Notes: generated from the letters alone by a model not told the origin. A stretch of 64,000 bases of DNA from Lingula anatina (GCA_051362555.1 CM120640.1:37157967-37221966), one strand, 5' to 3'; positions 51,901 through 64,000 are shown, counted from the stretch's first letter. Program-made: numbers and translations.

Positions 51901-54900
51901 TAGAAATTGAAAATGACATTCAAGGCACCCTGTGAAAAAATTTTAAGCATTTTCCACAGAATTAATCCAATAAAATATCTATTTATCTTACCACTGTATT
52001 CTAGCCAAAATTTCCCTTCATTGCTAAACAAGGTGTTCACAAATTTTATATTCAATTCATTTGCTAGTCCTGTGAAGAATATTTTTTTGCATTTTCCACA
52101 GAATTTATCCAATAAAATATCCATTTATTTTTCTTACCACTGTATTCTAGCCAAAATTTCCCTTCATTGCTAAACAAGGTGTTCACAAATTTCATATTCA
52201 GTTCATTTGCTGGCCCATTGTACAGTATGGTATCTGTGATGTGTTGACAGCTGTAGGCTGCTTGGTCAGTTTTTGTAAACATGGCTAACTCTTGATGCTC
52301 TCTGCAGCCTGGTCCACTGTACATATTGATGTCAACAGCACGTATGGTGATTGAACTGTTCTTGGCTGTGGAGAGTCGGCACTCACAGGAACGTAGGTTG
52401 TTTCCTGGCACTTCTGCAGGGTAGCCCTCACTTTGGATGTAGCCCACATCAATGGCATTGTTCCCCTCCATGCATACTTCATTGACAATGCTAACTAGAA
52501 AAAATGAATGATGGGTTCTTGACCATTGGTTGACAATAGGAAAATGTTAACAGAATTGTTGAAGTTTGTAGCATATAGCTATTTGGGAATATGAGAGGAA
52601 GGGAAAGTCCCTCTTTGTGTAATTTGGACCCGAGATGGAAATTAGGATAGAAATATACTGTAAAAAAGTCATAATGCTTGAAAACTTAACAATTAAGGTA
52701 CAATTTACCATGGATATTGTTTTAGTATCTGCAAAAGAGCTAGACTGAGTGTATAAATTGGTATTCTTGGCAATGACCAACAGATAAATTTGATTATTAT
52801 TACCTGGTACACACTCATAAGTCACATTTACATAGGTGCTGACATGAAACTGATTTCCACACATCCCAGAAATCTTGTCCACTGGAATGGTGCACTCTGC
52901 CCTGCCCAGACATTGACCCAAGATGGCCGTATAAAGAGGAGGGGTCTTTTCCAGAAGCTTCTCTACACAGTCGGTCTCGGCAGGACAGCAACGCCTTGCG
53001 CAGGGTGTGCGATTGCTACGGCCATAGACGGCATCTTTGATGTTGATAAAAGTCCCCTTCTCACAATAAAGATGCATCGTGCCAGATGGTTCTCCATAGC
53101 AGTTGGATTGGGTTGTTATTTCAGCTGTTGTAGGAAAGTAGTGGAATATGACAAGTTTGACTACTGTTTCAGCAAGGAGATATGGCTAAGATTAACAACT
53201 TCTACTTAACATGATTATTGATTGTGCAAATGCAGTGAGAAATGTTCACTTTATGAAATCATTTTGATTTTATTTTTTTTCAAGATGGGATCAGATACAT
53301 GAAGTTTTACATACCTTTCACACACTCATATTTGACTTGTAAGTAGTTACTGTACTTTCCCCTGCCACAGGGAGCTGACCAAAGAGACGCTTGCTCTACC
53401 AACACTATGCACTCTTGTTGGCCAGAGCACTGACCAAAGATTTGGTTGTGGGTCTCTGGACGACTCATATTTACTGGGACCTGTTGAGAAAAAAATCAGC
53501 TTTATTTTCATCTTTGCAAAGCTTTAATTCTTAAAAAAAATTAATTAGCATGTTGACTCTTTGTGTTAGTTCAAATGCAAAATATTGCGTATCTAATGTC
53601 ATTTAGAAATTCAACTAAAGCAATAGAAAAAACCATTGATTTCCACTTTTTTAATTAGATCAAAATTGAGACAAAATAAAAACGGAAAATTCCAACAAAT
53701 AGGGCATTATGTACATTATAATATTTTAGAATAGATATATTATCTTTTATAAGATATAATGATGTCACATACATGTACTATATGTGCATATCCCATTTCC
53801 CAAAGGCACTACATTTTCCGGTCTTGTTCAAGTTCAAGCTATTCTAACTGTTAAGTTAACAGGTCTTAAAGGCAATGATATATTACAATTCCTTAATTAC
53901 CTGGCAGTCGTTGACTTGGGGACAGCACAGGTCCCCACATGCTGTGTCACTGCTGAGACCGTATACGGCAGAGATGACGCGCATGAAATGTTTGGGATCC
54001 GTGCACTCCAGCTTCATGTGGGGTGGAACAATGCCAAAACACCGTGATCTGGTTATCACTTTGATGTTAGACGCATGCTGGTGTTGACCTTGAAAAAAAG
54101 TTATCATCTAATTAAATACTTTGTTTTTTTCTTTTTGGGATACCTTTTAATAAATTTAAAGGAGATTGATGATGGTGCTTCATTATATAAGGCCTTTTTT
54201 TAAATGGATCATGCCAGTGCAAAGCCCTTGGCTGTTTGCATGAAACTTGACAATAAAGCTCCTCTATTTTTTTTTTATTAGTTTATACTGCACTCACTGG
54301 CATATCTAAAAATGCATTATAGGTTTCTCTTTAAAGATAACTGATAAAGTGGTATTTCATGATACTTAAATCTGGTCTGCTTTTGGCACATGAGTAATTA
54401 CTATTTGAGTGTTATTGTGTATGCAGTTTTAACAGATACCTGGTTTGGGTAATTATGCCCTTTTAGAGCAGAGAACTATATTGTATTTCAGCATAATTAC
54501 CTGGTGTAAATTAGATAACAATCTTTGTCTGAGTAACTTTGTACAGGTAGACTAACTTATACATGTATATGTAGAACAGGAGTGATGCTGTGTTGGATAA
54601 GTAGGTATCTTGTACGTGTAGATGTGTGTAGTAACATACAGACAGAATCTGATTTTTTCAGATGCATTTTTTTCAGTAATAATTTATCTTATTTGATAGT
54701 CAGTGTTCATTATATATTTCAACTGTTTTCAGTGTTTTTGGTCATGTTGTTGAGAGTGCTGGAACTACTTGTCATAGAAAACTGTACCCTGTAAGAGTTT
54801 TGAAAAGAATTAAATACATTTCACAAAATGATACTAATATACTGCTATTCATATTGAGTTATATGTTTACAGTGCATTCTTTGCTGAGATGGCAGAAGCT

Positions 54901-55225
54901 ATTTGTTAATGACTTTGGTCATGAAACAAGGTTGGCTAATCGCTTTGACTGTGGTCTTTCTCTAATGTGTTAATGGTACAAAATTGGCTCAAATTTTCTC
55001 TTTTTATGTTTGAAAACTTCTCATTGTGTAACACAAAATTGTGCTTATACAAGAATTCTTGAGCCACGTTTGTACTGACAAAAAAGTTCCATTTTGAATA
55101 GTTTCTTTGACTGAGCTTCTTTCATGATCTATCTTATAGACATACAACTTTAAAAAGAAAAAATATTCAGACTTACCATGAACAACAACAAATGTGAAAA
55201 ACCCCATAAACCACAGCAATAGCAT
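45906..55225 (-). CDS. Gene 9: large type I membrane protein, (SUEL-SUEL-CUB)x3 + mucin stalk + TM + tail, ~1487 aa, 14 coding exons
   Basis: Exons 55177-55225 (signal peptide), 53901-54088 + 53315-53480 (SUEL-A1), 52804-53124 (SUEL-B1), 52138-52494 (CUB1), 51270-51782 (linker + SUEL-A2), 50732-51052 (SUEL-B2), 49934-50293 (CUB2), 49161-49742 (linker + SUEL-A3), 48535-48855 (SUEL-B3), 47854-48213 (CUB3), 47022-47552 (poly-Thr stalk), 46650-46722 (TM GIVLGGLAVLVLIVGIIVGICL-KAK), 45906-46227 (tail ending GYKNPAFR*). All three SUEL-B exons are 321 nt and the frame is kept throughout. Confidence 0.88.
48328..48363. repeat. (GAG)n trinucleotide repeat, intronic
   Basis: gaggaggag... run following gatgatgat in a gene 9 intron. 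Confidence 0.8.
51929..52215. repeat. Tandem duplication (~146-bp offset) of the CUB1 exon 3' end, its donor site and intron start
   Basis: cttaccactgtattctagccaaaatttcccttcattgctaaacaaggtgttcacaaattt occurs at both ~51987 and ~52133. The flanking intronic gcattttccacagaat..atccaataaaatatc is also duplicated. Confidence 0.92.
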
Positions 55226-56673
55226 AATTTCCCAAGGTGCTCCAGTCTCCAGAAATCCTCAAAGTTCTTTACATGTAGTATGGTGAGGTTTGTTACCACC
55301 ACCACCACAGCCACTGGCGTCTAATCTACCTGCATTTGCCTGCCTCCCCGTTCATGTCAGAGAAACATTAGTTCTATGTTGTTCCAGTCACCAGTGGAAT
55401 GAATAAGCAGTTGACTGAAGAAAAGACAGTGTGTGTTTTGTTATTCTTTGCTCCCATCTGGTTATCTCTAGGACAGACCTGCACAGATCAGACATATAAT
55501 ATAGTAATTGATAATTTAAATCTGTTTGAGTAATATTCTTCTGATTAAATTTATCTGATTATATCAAGGAATTACATTTGGACAATTTTAACTTTATGTT
55601 ACTGAGAAAGGAAGGTGGCATTTGCATTTTTATTTATTGAGATGTGAGATGAGATTTGTGTCCCTGTTGGAATGGTGTTTAAAATATGAAGCTTACAACC
55701 TTTTTACTGACATCACTGTCACTGCCCAAATCATGAATATTGATGAATGTGTGTCACTGAAATGTGTAATAGGAATTTTATATTTCAAATGAAAAACAAG
55801 TTTCATTGTCAATTTCGGTGATAAAATAATAAAATTACCAAAAGGAGAAATTTGGGGACCCCTGATTTGATGTATAAACAACTTTTGTATTTTCTGCCCA
55901 AGTTGCCAGAGTAGAAATAACCATGATAATGGATTGAAATCACTTTGTTGCTAAATTTGAAGTTAAATCTATATATTTGCAAAACCATCAAAGGTTAGAT
56001 ATTTAATTTTCAGTTTTTTTTTATTTAATCATTTATTTATTTATTTATTCATTTATTTATGGTTCAAATACATGCATCATCTGTAGGGTTGTTAAGTCTC
56101 TGAATTTAGATTTATTAGGGTGAATATACAATTTTAGTATCTGCTTCCTTTGTTTTTCATGTCATTTTTCATTACTCTAAAGTTACACAACAGATAACAG
56201 TCTTTTTAATTTATGTTTCAGCCTTGGCCCTATTTTATAGTGAAATTTGTTACGTTGGTGTCAAGTGACAAAATGTGTGAAACGTGGGACCAGTATGGTG
56301 TTTTTTATGCATTTTTATTGAATTATACATATTTAGAACAGATGTTTGTAATAATGGGATATACTTTGACAACTTTATAACGTGTTCACCGCCATGTTTG
56401 CCTAGTCACAGACCTTAATCAGAGCCAGGATTTTGTCCTGTCAATAATGCTTGTTGCTCCAATGATCATGTAGAATTGGGAAAGCCAGCAACCTCAAATA
56501 TAAATTCTTTACTTTTTCAAAGGAGCAATTAAGTATACAGCAATTTTTTTAAAGCATCATCTAATAAAGTTTTCTTGGGATAGCTTCAAATTTTCAAACA
56601 TATGTGAATTTAGGTTAATATTGGAATATCCCAGCTCTTGAGGGCATTTTTTATGCCCCGACCCACATACTAG

Positions 56674-56783
<110 letters not shown>

Positions 56784-58074
56784 GTAAATAGTTTAAAGAC
56801 CCTGTGATGGCATCCTTATATACCGTGACAAGCACTATTTATTTACCACAAAGTTTGTACTACTGGTACCCCAAGAGCTGCACATTGTTTATCTTTTATC
56901 TCTGCATTTTAATGTTTTATTTACAGTAAAGTCTGTGGATTTTTCATACAAAAACAATCAAATTTTAATGTAAATGGAATAAAGAGATTTAACTCACTGG
57001 CCAGGTAATAATTTTCAGAATGAGAAATAACTGTTAAGTATTTGTTAAGAACAATTGCCAAACAGGGAAAACTTTGGGAAGGTCAAGAGACAAGTCTTTG
57101 CATTGCTTTGAAGCTGTTTTTTCAAACCTTAAAGATTTGTTATATGTGTGTAAGATTGTTGAGTAATTGAAAATTAATTATACAAAAGGGAATAAAAATC
57201 GTGTGTCATCATGTTATGGTCATCATGTTATTTAAACATGAGTTCTAATATATTTTTATTGAATTAAAAAAGAAAATGCATTTTTATAAGCACATTTTAT
57301 ATTCTGGGATAAAATCTGGGATAATTTGATAAATATGTGTGGTTTTCATTTACTTAAAACATTCAGTTAAAATGATAAAAAAAATTGTGTTAAGGTAATA
57401 AATTTACACTAAAACAGCATAAATCTGACATTCACTGCTACTACACTAAAATTAAATATTTGTGTATAACATAATTACTAGTACTCCTCAGATACATTAT
57501 CTGAGATATATAACCACATGAATGGTTTTTTAAAACTATTAAACATATTAAAATACATTAAAGCTATGTTATGGAATGTTTCATACTCCATGATTGTAAA
57601 TTGTAAAAAAAAAAAAAAAGCATTTTTGAGTTCGGCACATCTGTTGGCGTCACTCCTGTAACAATTGCCTTCATTTCAATATGTCATTGCTTGTCCTCCT
57701 GTGAATGAACATCTTACAAAACAATCATTTGGCTTGAATCTGTCATGGCTCCAGCACTGTTTCCATGTCCGTGTCTCTTTTAATTAACTCCTTTCTTAAA
57801 GGGTTGATATTTGATATAGAAATGCCAATCAGCAGAAGATGTATTTTCTACATTATTAGCATCACTGTCACAAATCAATTAAAATATGACATACATTGTG
57901 TGATATTAAGTACCTTCATTAAATGATGGTCATTTTTTAGTTTCTGTGATACATTTTTCATCAGAAGTTTTTCTGCTGGTTAAGAATGTATAAATAATGT
58001 ATATCCGTATATATGGAAGAACCGGTTAACAATTTTTATTAGTTATGTACTTGATATTATGTTTTGCTGGTTAT

Positions 58075-60185
58075 TTAATCTGGTGTTATTTCAATGTTGG
58101 TTACATAAACCGCACTGCCATTTTGCTTCTGTTCTGTCATTTCTTCTTGATTAGGTGGGTGGCCATTTTTAGTGGGCGATTCTTTTCCATTTTTATGAGA
58201 ATGCTTCTTTGAACTTTTTGAATCTTCTTTGGCTCCTTTGAATTTCACAGTTTTGCCTTTCTCCATGCCACCGAAGAAGAACTTGTCGTTATATGCTGGA
58301 GAACCCGAGGTATGACTTCCCACTGATGTGGGGGATGCTGCACGTGAAAGATACTGCAACCTGGCTTCTTCATATCTCTTCTTTCTAAAAAAAGGAAAAA
58401 AATCATTTGTTATAATGCAAGTTATTCTCTCATTACAATAGAACATAAGGAATGAAATTATTCTGAATTTATCCAGAATACTGTATATTTGAGTGTTGTA
58501 TTCCTGCACCCAGCCCCCAGCCCATGTTGGTGCTTGCATTGTCAGACTTTTTTTTGTAAATGTAGGTCCACTTTCATTTCATCAACTTATTTCAAAGTTT
58601 GTGAACCACAATGGCAGAAAAATGTAACTTACTGTAATGAGATTATACAACAGAAGATTTGCAATGGAAATTGTTGTAGATGATGGACTGTCAGATTTGA
58701 CTCTCATGAGAATCATAATCATGCCTTTTTTAATGCTTTGCACAGCTGATTCAGAAAAAGTGAAAGATGAAATTTATTTTAACGTGTCTTTAAAATTATA
58801 AATATCTTTGAAATATTGGCAAACAAGATGCATTTAAGTGCATATTACTGCAAGGAATACTCACCGCCTGTTTAATATACATATTCCAGCAATAATGGAG
58901 GCAGCTATCAGGATTGCTGCACCTGCTATGCCAACGACAACTAAAAAAGATGGAAATACAGACGTCTTGAGATTTAGGCCATAGTGAATTTTTTGTAGTT
59001 GTTGTTTTTAAAGTATTATGTTATCTTGTTGTAGACATTTTTTTACATTCTTTTGTCCCTTCTGTATATTACTCACCTAACAACAAAATTTACCTTCATG
59101 TGAGAAGGGAAATCATATGTTGTTAGCCTAGCAACAGGATACCTTTCAGGCAAGCTTTTGTTAAGATAATTTTGGCCCTCATTTTATATATGAAGGTATT
59201 TTTGTGTGTGCACACTGTATATATATATATATGTACACAATAAGAAGGTGTCATATTGGGGCAACTTTGCTTGGTCTCCTCATTCACTCATTCACATTCA
59301 TGTTTTGAGGCAACCAATGTTACACAGCCTCTTATGTGCTTCTAATTGGTTGGATCATTACTGACCAGTTTCAAGACAATTTAGTTTTAAAACATTAAGT
59401 TCAATTTTACAAAAATAAAAATCTTCATATTCATGGCCATATTTAATTTTAGCCCATGTACTGTATATCCAGATATCCACAGAAAAGCACTCCCACCCTA
59501 AGCTGAAATCAAACTAGGAAATTGCAAAGGTAGCCAGCAGGCCAGTTCAGTTAACATTTCTGATATATTGGTAAACGTCTAAGCACATGCTGGTTTTTAA
59601 AGACATCAAATAGGCTCGGAAACTCTGGGTGTCCAAATACTATTGACGTGATTATGTCCGAAATGAAAATCTTCCAAGCTATTAGCACTACGTGATGGCA
59701 CTGTGTGAGAATAAAAAATGTCCAAGAATCTATATGGGGTGGGGGTAACTTTTCAATGACAAAGGCATAACTCTGTGTGGTTGGAATGTCATCTTTAAGA
59801 GAGCAATGAAAAAGTTATTGTTGTGCAATAGACTGTAGAGAGAAAACGAGCAGAAAAATATTTGTGCATTGATGTTATGCTTAGTTGTTAGACATTGGAC
59901 TATCTTCGATGATTCCAGTTGAAATTGAATGTCTTCCATTTGTAATTGGGGGAGGGAGGCCAGATTTAGAATAAAAAAGGAATTTCAAAATAAAATAATG
60001 TAAATAAGAGAGTATTATTGCAATATAGTTTTGACCCCATGTTCATCTATCATTCTTTGCTTGTGCATCATCTCTAATCAAAATATAGTTATATGTTCAT
60101 ACTTACTAACTATTATAGTTTCTGTTCCTATGTAGGTACTGCTGGTTGTAGTCACCCCAGGTAGTATGGTAGTAGTAGTAGCCAT
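58075..60185 (-). CDS. Gene 10: small single-pass membrane protein with no signal peptide or folded ectodomain, ~154 aa, 3 coding exons
   Basis: Exons 60107-60185 (ATG in aacATGG context with an in-frame TAG 21 nt upstream; MATTTTILPGVTTTSSTYIGTETIIV), 58865-58940 (TM IVVGIAGAAILIAASIIAGICIL-NRR), 58075-58384 (KKRYEEARLQY...VYVTNIEITPD*). All GT-AG and in frame. The N-terminus could instead extend through an AG at 60207-60208. Confidence 0.75.
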
Positions 60186-63100
60186 GTTGCAGAATAAGTA
60201 TCCTTCCTATAATCTTTCACCTGTATATGGTCTTTCACTACAGTTGATGAAAGGGGCTGAGCTTGGGTAATGTTGCAATGACTGCTTTACTAAGCCCATA
60301 TAATCATCTCTAATCACTTATCGTCAGTGGTGTTGATCAATATCTTCTAGTACTTCCATGGACCAAGTGACAGCATGGTATTCAGTGTGGTATTTGGTTC
60401 ACTGCATGGCATTTGACCACTCCTTATTGATTTGATCTGCCAGGAAGGCCCCTTTCAGAGGTCACTAACTGTAGAGGTCTGAAATCAAGTATGATATAAG
60501 GGTATACAATTACAGAAAATGGAGTATTCTGAACACATGGCCCTTTTGAACCAATGTCACTGAACTCTTATTTCTATATACAGATGCAGTTTGCACTCAG
60601 CTAAATTTATCCTATTGTTGTGGCAGTGAAGCCTTTAAAGGTCAACATGTTTTTGACATGTATTTTCCATTTTAAATTCACTGAAAATAAGTCTCCAATG
60701 AACATCATCAGAAAACTATAGATTTCCAACTAACAACATGATTTACCATCCTCAAAATCTCTTTAAAGCAGCCCTGTGGCCAGCAATTTCAAAGGTGGTT
60801 ATTTTTTGAAATAGTGTACCTTTTTACTCCAAAACTTGTGTGTGTTCATAGAAACCGTAAATCAAATTTTGATTCAGTGGGGAACTTTCCTGGCCAAAAT
60901 GTTATTCATTTAAATCAAACAAGCCTACCTACGAGCCTGCAATTACTTGTTTCTTCTTGGTATTACAGATTGCAAAAGAGATATGGAGTAGTCCTTTGGC
61001 ATTTGAAAATGAGTGTTGCTTTGAGAAACGGAAAAATTAGCACACCAATGTGATACATTGCTGTTTTGATGGATATGACCTTAAGAAAATACCAAGTTGA
61101 ACACAGAAGAAACGTGATTCCATTCAATGTGATACATGCTACTGAATATACCCTTTATTATGTAGAATTTTAAAAGAAAAGTTATTATACAGTATAGGCT
61201 CTGTCAGTCAGTGATCATGTAGAATATCTCCAAGATGTCTGCCACGTACCAAGTCAGCAAAGTATTGAACCACCTGAAAATAATCCCAGTCAGTGATAAT
61301 TCCTATAGGACTGTAGCCCCACCCTTCTGTTTACAAGTACTATAACTTACCTTTGGTTGAAGCTAACTTTGCAGAAATGTTAGATGATAAAAGCCAGCAA
61401 AATTGATCAGTGGCTGTTTCCAAGTAAAGTTACCCATGAAACAAAGCATTTGTGTTAACCTATTTCACCAAAAACTACCTTAACTTCCCCTTACCTTACA
61501 GTTACGCCTCTTGAATGCACACTTTTCCGCCAACTCTCTTCAAATGTATTTACTCAGTGGACAAAGCACAACAATAACTATCAAGTGTTTGGGTAGGATT
61601 GTATTACTTATACGTTACAACAAAGCCACTGTGGTATTTCCCAGTAGTAATACACTTGAAAGGCACATGGTTGGTCAAGATTGTTGAATCAAAGTCTAAA
61701 AGAATCTAGCCGTTTAGATTTCTCCTATTTATTAACATACCTATAATCCTCGTCTCTATTCAGACAGGTCATTGTATTTGGCGGAAGGCTTGGGGACATT
61801 GGATGTTAAGCAAAGGGGGGCATTGTGGTGTGAATATAATTATATAACATATGATTAAATGGGACCTGTCCAGATTTATCAATCGATGTGTAGAAGGTGT
61901 GGTTGTTTACCAGGGGTGACTAACCATGAGTGATAGTCCTCAAGTAATGATATGTATCAAGACTTTTGTAAAATTGACATGGGGGCCACACCCAACATTA
62001 AAAAATGGGTAGTTTATGCAGTATTGGCAATCTTTTGCCTTTAAATCAAATTTTCATTGAATTTTGTTTAAATGTTATATTGATTGAGAAAGTATGACAC
62101 TATGTTAGCAATAGACTACAAAAAGCTTCAGTGTCAGTATAAGGTCCCTAGCAGTAATCCAATAACACAGGCTAAAAGCATACAATACTCTATAGTTGAA
62201 TACTGGCTGATAAGTGGTTGTAGACAAATTCAAAGCAATTGCAGTAATGGAATATTTTTCCGTTAATTTGGAAGTGAGGAGAAAGCAGAATGCTATAGTG
62301 ACCACTTCCTAATCGGATTTTAAATTGAGAGATAAAAGAGGTAACTCAGGCCTTTCTCTTTTGTCAATTTTTTCACATTCTCTGATGCTGCTGTCTGCAT
62401 GGAATGGTGGGAAAAGGTGGTCAGACATTCACAGTGGCCTTTCTATAACCCAATTAGCACTGTTAGCATTAACAGTAAATGCACGCTTAGAACTGTTTCA
62501 ACTTTTGTCCTCAAGTGCTCTTCCTGCATAGAAATTTCTTGCCTATTAATTCACTATAATAATAATATGGATATAGCATTGATTATAATGTTTTTTTCAC
62601 ATCTGGCAAATTTACCTTTATGCATCATGCCAAAATAGGTATATCAGGTAATTAATAAGAAAATAAAATTTGTGTTTTTACAATAAAGTTTTTATTTTAA
62701 AACATTTAAATGATACATTATATATGAGTTTATAGATAACTATAAAAATGTTGTAAAAATGAGGAAATGGCATGGATGATTTTAATGTTATACTCAACAA
62801 ATACACAGTTGTGTAAAAAGCCAATTCCACACCTAAAAATGTCATCAAAATTAATACTCTTTTGAGTCATTACACGTATGTCTCTCAAATTCGTGTACTG
62901 AACTTCAAATAATTATTTTGGAGTCCCTTTTGGAAATTTATTGTTTTTTGTTTTTGTTATTGTTTTTGGAAACTTATTGTCAGCAGCACACTGTGGCAGT
63001 CATCTGAAATGGACCCAATGCATTAGGACACATGATGTCTGCATCCCCATATGTGGTGTTATTATCACCTACTCTCTCTAGAAAACTCATGAAAATGCAC

Positions 63101-64000
63101 AACTTTTCTAAGTGCTGAACAATATTTTGAAAATTGATGCTATATGAGAGAAATGCCTTCTAGTGCTTCTTTTACAGTTACTCATTCTTAGTCTTAGTCT
63201 TAATTATAGACATCAGTAAATACAATGAAACTATAATTTTACTCTGGAAAAAAATGCTTACTTAAGATACAGTAACACATTAGTCTTAGCTATAGGCACC
63301 AGTATATGGCCTTAGAATGGTATTGTCCATTCTGGAACTATTTATGCAGTCTTATTTTTTCATTTATGTTCCAAATGACAAAAATAAGAAAATGATATAT
63401 TTCATTCAGTAATATGGTCAATTTTTTTGTTTGCCTTCATGTGAAAGAGCATTTTTAAGTTGACCCAAATCTTCAAAGCTATTGTTCACACACGCACACA
63501 GACACATGATACTGCAAAACTGAATCTTTTTATTTCTAAAGGTATGAGTCATAAAGGTAATTACAGTGTCCCTTCATATACATCTCCCTGTTAAAAAATG
63601 GAAAAACATTTTAGTGTGGCTGGTGTGAAAAAAATACAAAGAAAATGTATCACAGGAAAGTGAATGATAAATGATATGAAAATGAAATTAATTAAAACAT
63701 TTACCCTTCCTGCAATGTACAACTTAGACTTTGCATATCTGTACACAAACATCCAGAGTTAAAATGCATTTTTTAAGCAAAATCCTTTCCTTACCTTTCA
63801 ATCAATGATAATAATCCATGCTTCAGCAGATAAAATGCCTTAAAATATCCTAGATTTTGAGTTTTCCTGCACGTATTTGTGCATGTAATGCCCTGCCTCA
63901 CTGCAACACTAAACTGAATACATTATCACATTATCAGCAGCATGTCTCCCTGGTGCTTTACATTTTCAACCTGCACATGCTTGCACATTGCAATTGCTTA

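Noticed and set aside
48581-53209. Several 60-160-aa plus-strand ORFs across gene 9
   Set aside because: All coincide with GC-richer minus-strand exons and are antisense shadows.
57487-57505. Short perfect hairpin ctcagata-cat-tatctgag downstream of gene 10
   Set aside because: An 8-bp stem is expected by chance in 64 kb of AT-rich DNA.

Overview
AT-rich, intron-containing eukaryotic DNA. The repeat types and gene style look like a marine invertebrate such as a mollusc or other lophotrochozoan, which is an inference. Nearly the whole window is a tandem, same-strand (minus) cluster of nine paralogous cell-surface genes. Each is built from a signal peptide, a divergent SUEL/Gal_Lectin (rhamnose-binding-lectin-like) domain, an atypical CUB domain carrying a CxC motif and an extra downstream Cys, and a Ser/Thr-rich or charged stalk. 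I spliced all genes by hand using GT..AG sites, and every exon chain keeps frame. Genes 1-3 and 8 are single-pass type I proteins with unrelated cytoplasmic tails. Genes 4-7 end in GPI-signal-like hydrophobic C-termini. Gene 9 is a 1487-aa receptor with (SUEL-SUEL-CUB)x3. A tenth gene encodes a 154-aa membrane protein with almost no ectodomain but the same TM-exon phases. Intergenic and intronic DNA holds two MITEs, a Helentron-like element, short tandem duplications (one creating a candidate new in-frame exon) and microsatellites. No RNA genes or CRISPR arrays were seen.
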